From the human T2T-CHM13v2.0 reference genome, Homo sapiens, in NCBI RefSeq assembly GCF_009914755.1, contig NC_060945.1: a stretch of 64,000 bases of DNA; one strand, 5' to 3'. The notes below the pieces were generated by a model. It made no database searches. It saw nothing but the letters and a program-made list of their open reading frames with translations, and was not told the DNA's origin. The translations under genes and the position numbers were made by a program. This document shows positions 61,791 through 64,000 of the stretch, one piece after another. Each line of letters starts with the position of its first letter. Within the stretch, counting starts at the first letter, position 1.

Positions 61791-63519
61791 CCACGCTCCT
61801 CTGGGACCCTCAAGCTTCCCTGCCTCCTCTGTGGGGACCCCTGGGTGACGTCTTGCTGTAGAGGAGAGGGCGCTGCTGTGCAATTCTGGTCCAGATGGTT
61901 CAGCTGGTGACCCTGGCCTCCCCATGCCAGGCTCCTGGAGGCCATTCCCAAGGTCCTGGGGGGAGGATTGAAACCACGCCCCTGGGTCCCACACCCACCT
62001 GGCCCCCTACCCCCGAAACTGCCGCCACACCCAATCCCCCCTCTCCCAGATCTGGGAGCTGGGATTCTGCCCTGCTGTCCCCGTCTGGGGCCCCTCTCCT
62101 CTGCAGGTGCCTCAGTTGGGAGAAGGAGGGGTGGCTGTGAAGGTGAGGATGAAGGAGATGGCCCAAGAGCACAGCCTGGGGGCAAGTTCCCAGGGAGGCA
62201 CTCGCTGGTAAGGGAACAGGGAACACTCGCTGTCACCCACCTTCCTTGTGACAGTGGCGCTGTGGCCCATCCACCATCACCCCAGCGCTTCACCATGAGC
62301 AGCTTCACGAATCCATGCCCAGCTCACTGCAGAATCCCCGGGCACCAGCGCTTCGCCAAGAGTGGCCTCCAGACTCCACATTTTAAGAAGGAACTCCCAC
62401 CCCATTCAGCTCGCTGCAGAATCCCCAGGGTCCCTGCCAGCCTGGCACCCAGCGTGCCCCTCAGTATTCTGGGGATTAGTGGGGGAGTCCCTCTGCCGGG
62501 AAGAGGTCCTGGCTGTGTCCCTGCAGGGCAGTGGCTGAGCCCATGCCTCGACCCCAGGGCCAGTCCCCGCCGGGTGCCATCCTGAGCAGGGCCACAGAAC
62601 GGATGTCCCACATGGCCAGGACCCCTGTGGCCACCTGACCCCGGGGGGGCTGTGGCCCTCGGTGAAGCAGGTGACCGGGCGGGCTGTGGGGTTTGTCAGC
62701 TCCGCAGCGTCACTGCCGCTCAGCGTATGAGTTTCCACTCCCAGCACTCAATGAACAGCTGAGCAACTGCAGGTGCCTCCGAGTGCTGGGAGAGGGGATG
62801 CTCAGCCAGCCAAGGGCCTTTGCCCCAGGGGAGTAAAATCGGGGCATTTCCTGGTGGGTGTCGGCTGGGCTGGAGAAGCTGGGCCTCCGGGCAGGGGCTG
62901 GCATACTGTCCAGACACTGCACGGACTGCCAGACACTCCTCACCTGGGCCTCGGGCTTCTCACCTGAACCACAGGGTGGTAACCCCTGCCCCTCAGGTGG
63001 CATTGACGTGACCTGCCTAGTGCACAGTGAGCCTGAGGCAACACGGCCACCACCAGGAGACTCCCTGGGGAAGAGGCCCCCAGACAGCCAGGTGCCCATG
63101 AAGTTCTGCACAGGGGCCGCCGCCGTCCAGGAGATGGGAGGGCCCTGTCTGCACCCTGTCTGGAAGGGGAGTGGGGCGAGCGGGCCACTTGGCCTCCCTG
63201 GTATAGGTAAGGCCAAGGCAGCTAGAACTGGGGACAGAATACCCGCAAAGGGGAGGGGAGCTGCACAGATGAAAGGAAATACACACCAGCGTCCCGTTGG
63301 GGTCTTCGGATGAACACCAACCTACACATTCTGTAAAACCCCAGGACGCCAAAGAGTAGCTTTTGAGGAAAAAACAATCCTCCGGAGGGTAAGACAAACA
63401 ATTCCCGCCTTGCACAGAAATCACCCTCGTCCCTCCAGCCAGTGTGCAGACACTTCTGAATACCCAGGATTCTGCAGGGACAGCAGGAGGGTCACACCTG
63501 GGAAGGACTAAAACATCCA

Positions 63520-63980
63520 AGGAAAGGCTACTTCAGCCTCACTCTAGTGAGCTTAAAACAAACCTGAAAAAGACCAAATTAATCTACATGGGGCTTAACA
63601 GCCGGCCAGAAAGCGTAATATTCTTTAAAGGAACCTTAACAAAACTTCACACTTAATAATGTAAATCTCACCATGTTCCTAGTCAAAAATTTACTACACA
63701 GACTCAGTAGCGGAAAAACATATCCCATAAGCAGAGGACAAATCACAGATGCTCCTCGACTTACGATGGAGCTACATCCGAACAAGCTCATCGTCGGCCG
63801 ACAGATCGCACGCAAGTGGTCCACGGATCGCACATAAGTGGTCCACAGTCGACAGAAACAGACCTAGATATGACAGTAATAATGAATTAGCAGAAAAGGA
63901 ACAATTATCTTAAATTTGCTCCATATGCTCGAGGGTATTTTTTAAAGCATGATTATGATTAAAAGAGAAATGGAAGACAC
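63520..63980 (+). mobile_element. Ancient L1M 5'/ORF1 fragment with a Tigger4/MER46-like end inserted (~63746-63795)
   Basis: AATAATGTAAATCTCACCATG and GAAACAGACCTAGATATGACAG L1M motifs; CAGATGCTCCTCGACTTACGATGG TIR. Confidence 0.6.
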
Positions 63981-64000
63981 TGGTGTGCTTTTTTTTTTTT

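Noticed and set aside
60725-62308. His/Thr-rich ORFs up to 294 aa (and similar ones at 30139-30604)
   Set aside because: TG/CA low-complexity DNA and adjacent GC-rich sequence; no domain

Overview
Primate (very probably human) non-coding genomic DNA: GC-rich ends (about 1-7 kb and 57-63 kb) flank a very transposon-dense core. I recognise no known protein-coding gene, RNA gene or CRISPR array, and I cannot name the locus. Nearly all ORFs in the track come from Alu, L1, ERV or low-complexity DNA. Main contents: a complete 5.7-kb HERV-H provirus on the minus strand (21423-27150) with two LTR7 copies, PBS-His and a 5-bp TSD; about 15 separate ERV/LTR insertions between 12.5 and 36.3 kb, several nested; a near full-length L1MA-type LINE (40017-49980); about 40 Alus; MER30; a 59-bp G-rich VNTR; long CT-, CCCCA-, CA- and TG-rich tracts; and a CpG-rich segment near 58.2-58.8 kb. 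I found no evidence for a new multi-gene system. The most unusual signals are fossil repair/rearrangement scars: an inversion of the L1 3' end with a 56-bp inverted duplication and a deletion; a 180-bp templated copy of an Alu plus its flank placed 2.4 kb away; two different LTRs sharing one triplicated target site; and an inverted-Alu fusion inside a MER67 LTR. There is also a possible composite LTR-derived enhancer (SOX, AP-1 and p53-type motifs). Repeat subfamily names come from memory of consensus sequences and mismatch counts were made by eye; both need RepeatMasker/Dfam confirmation.
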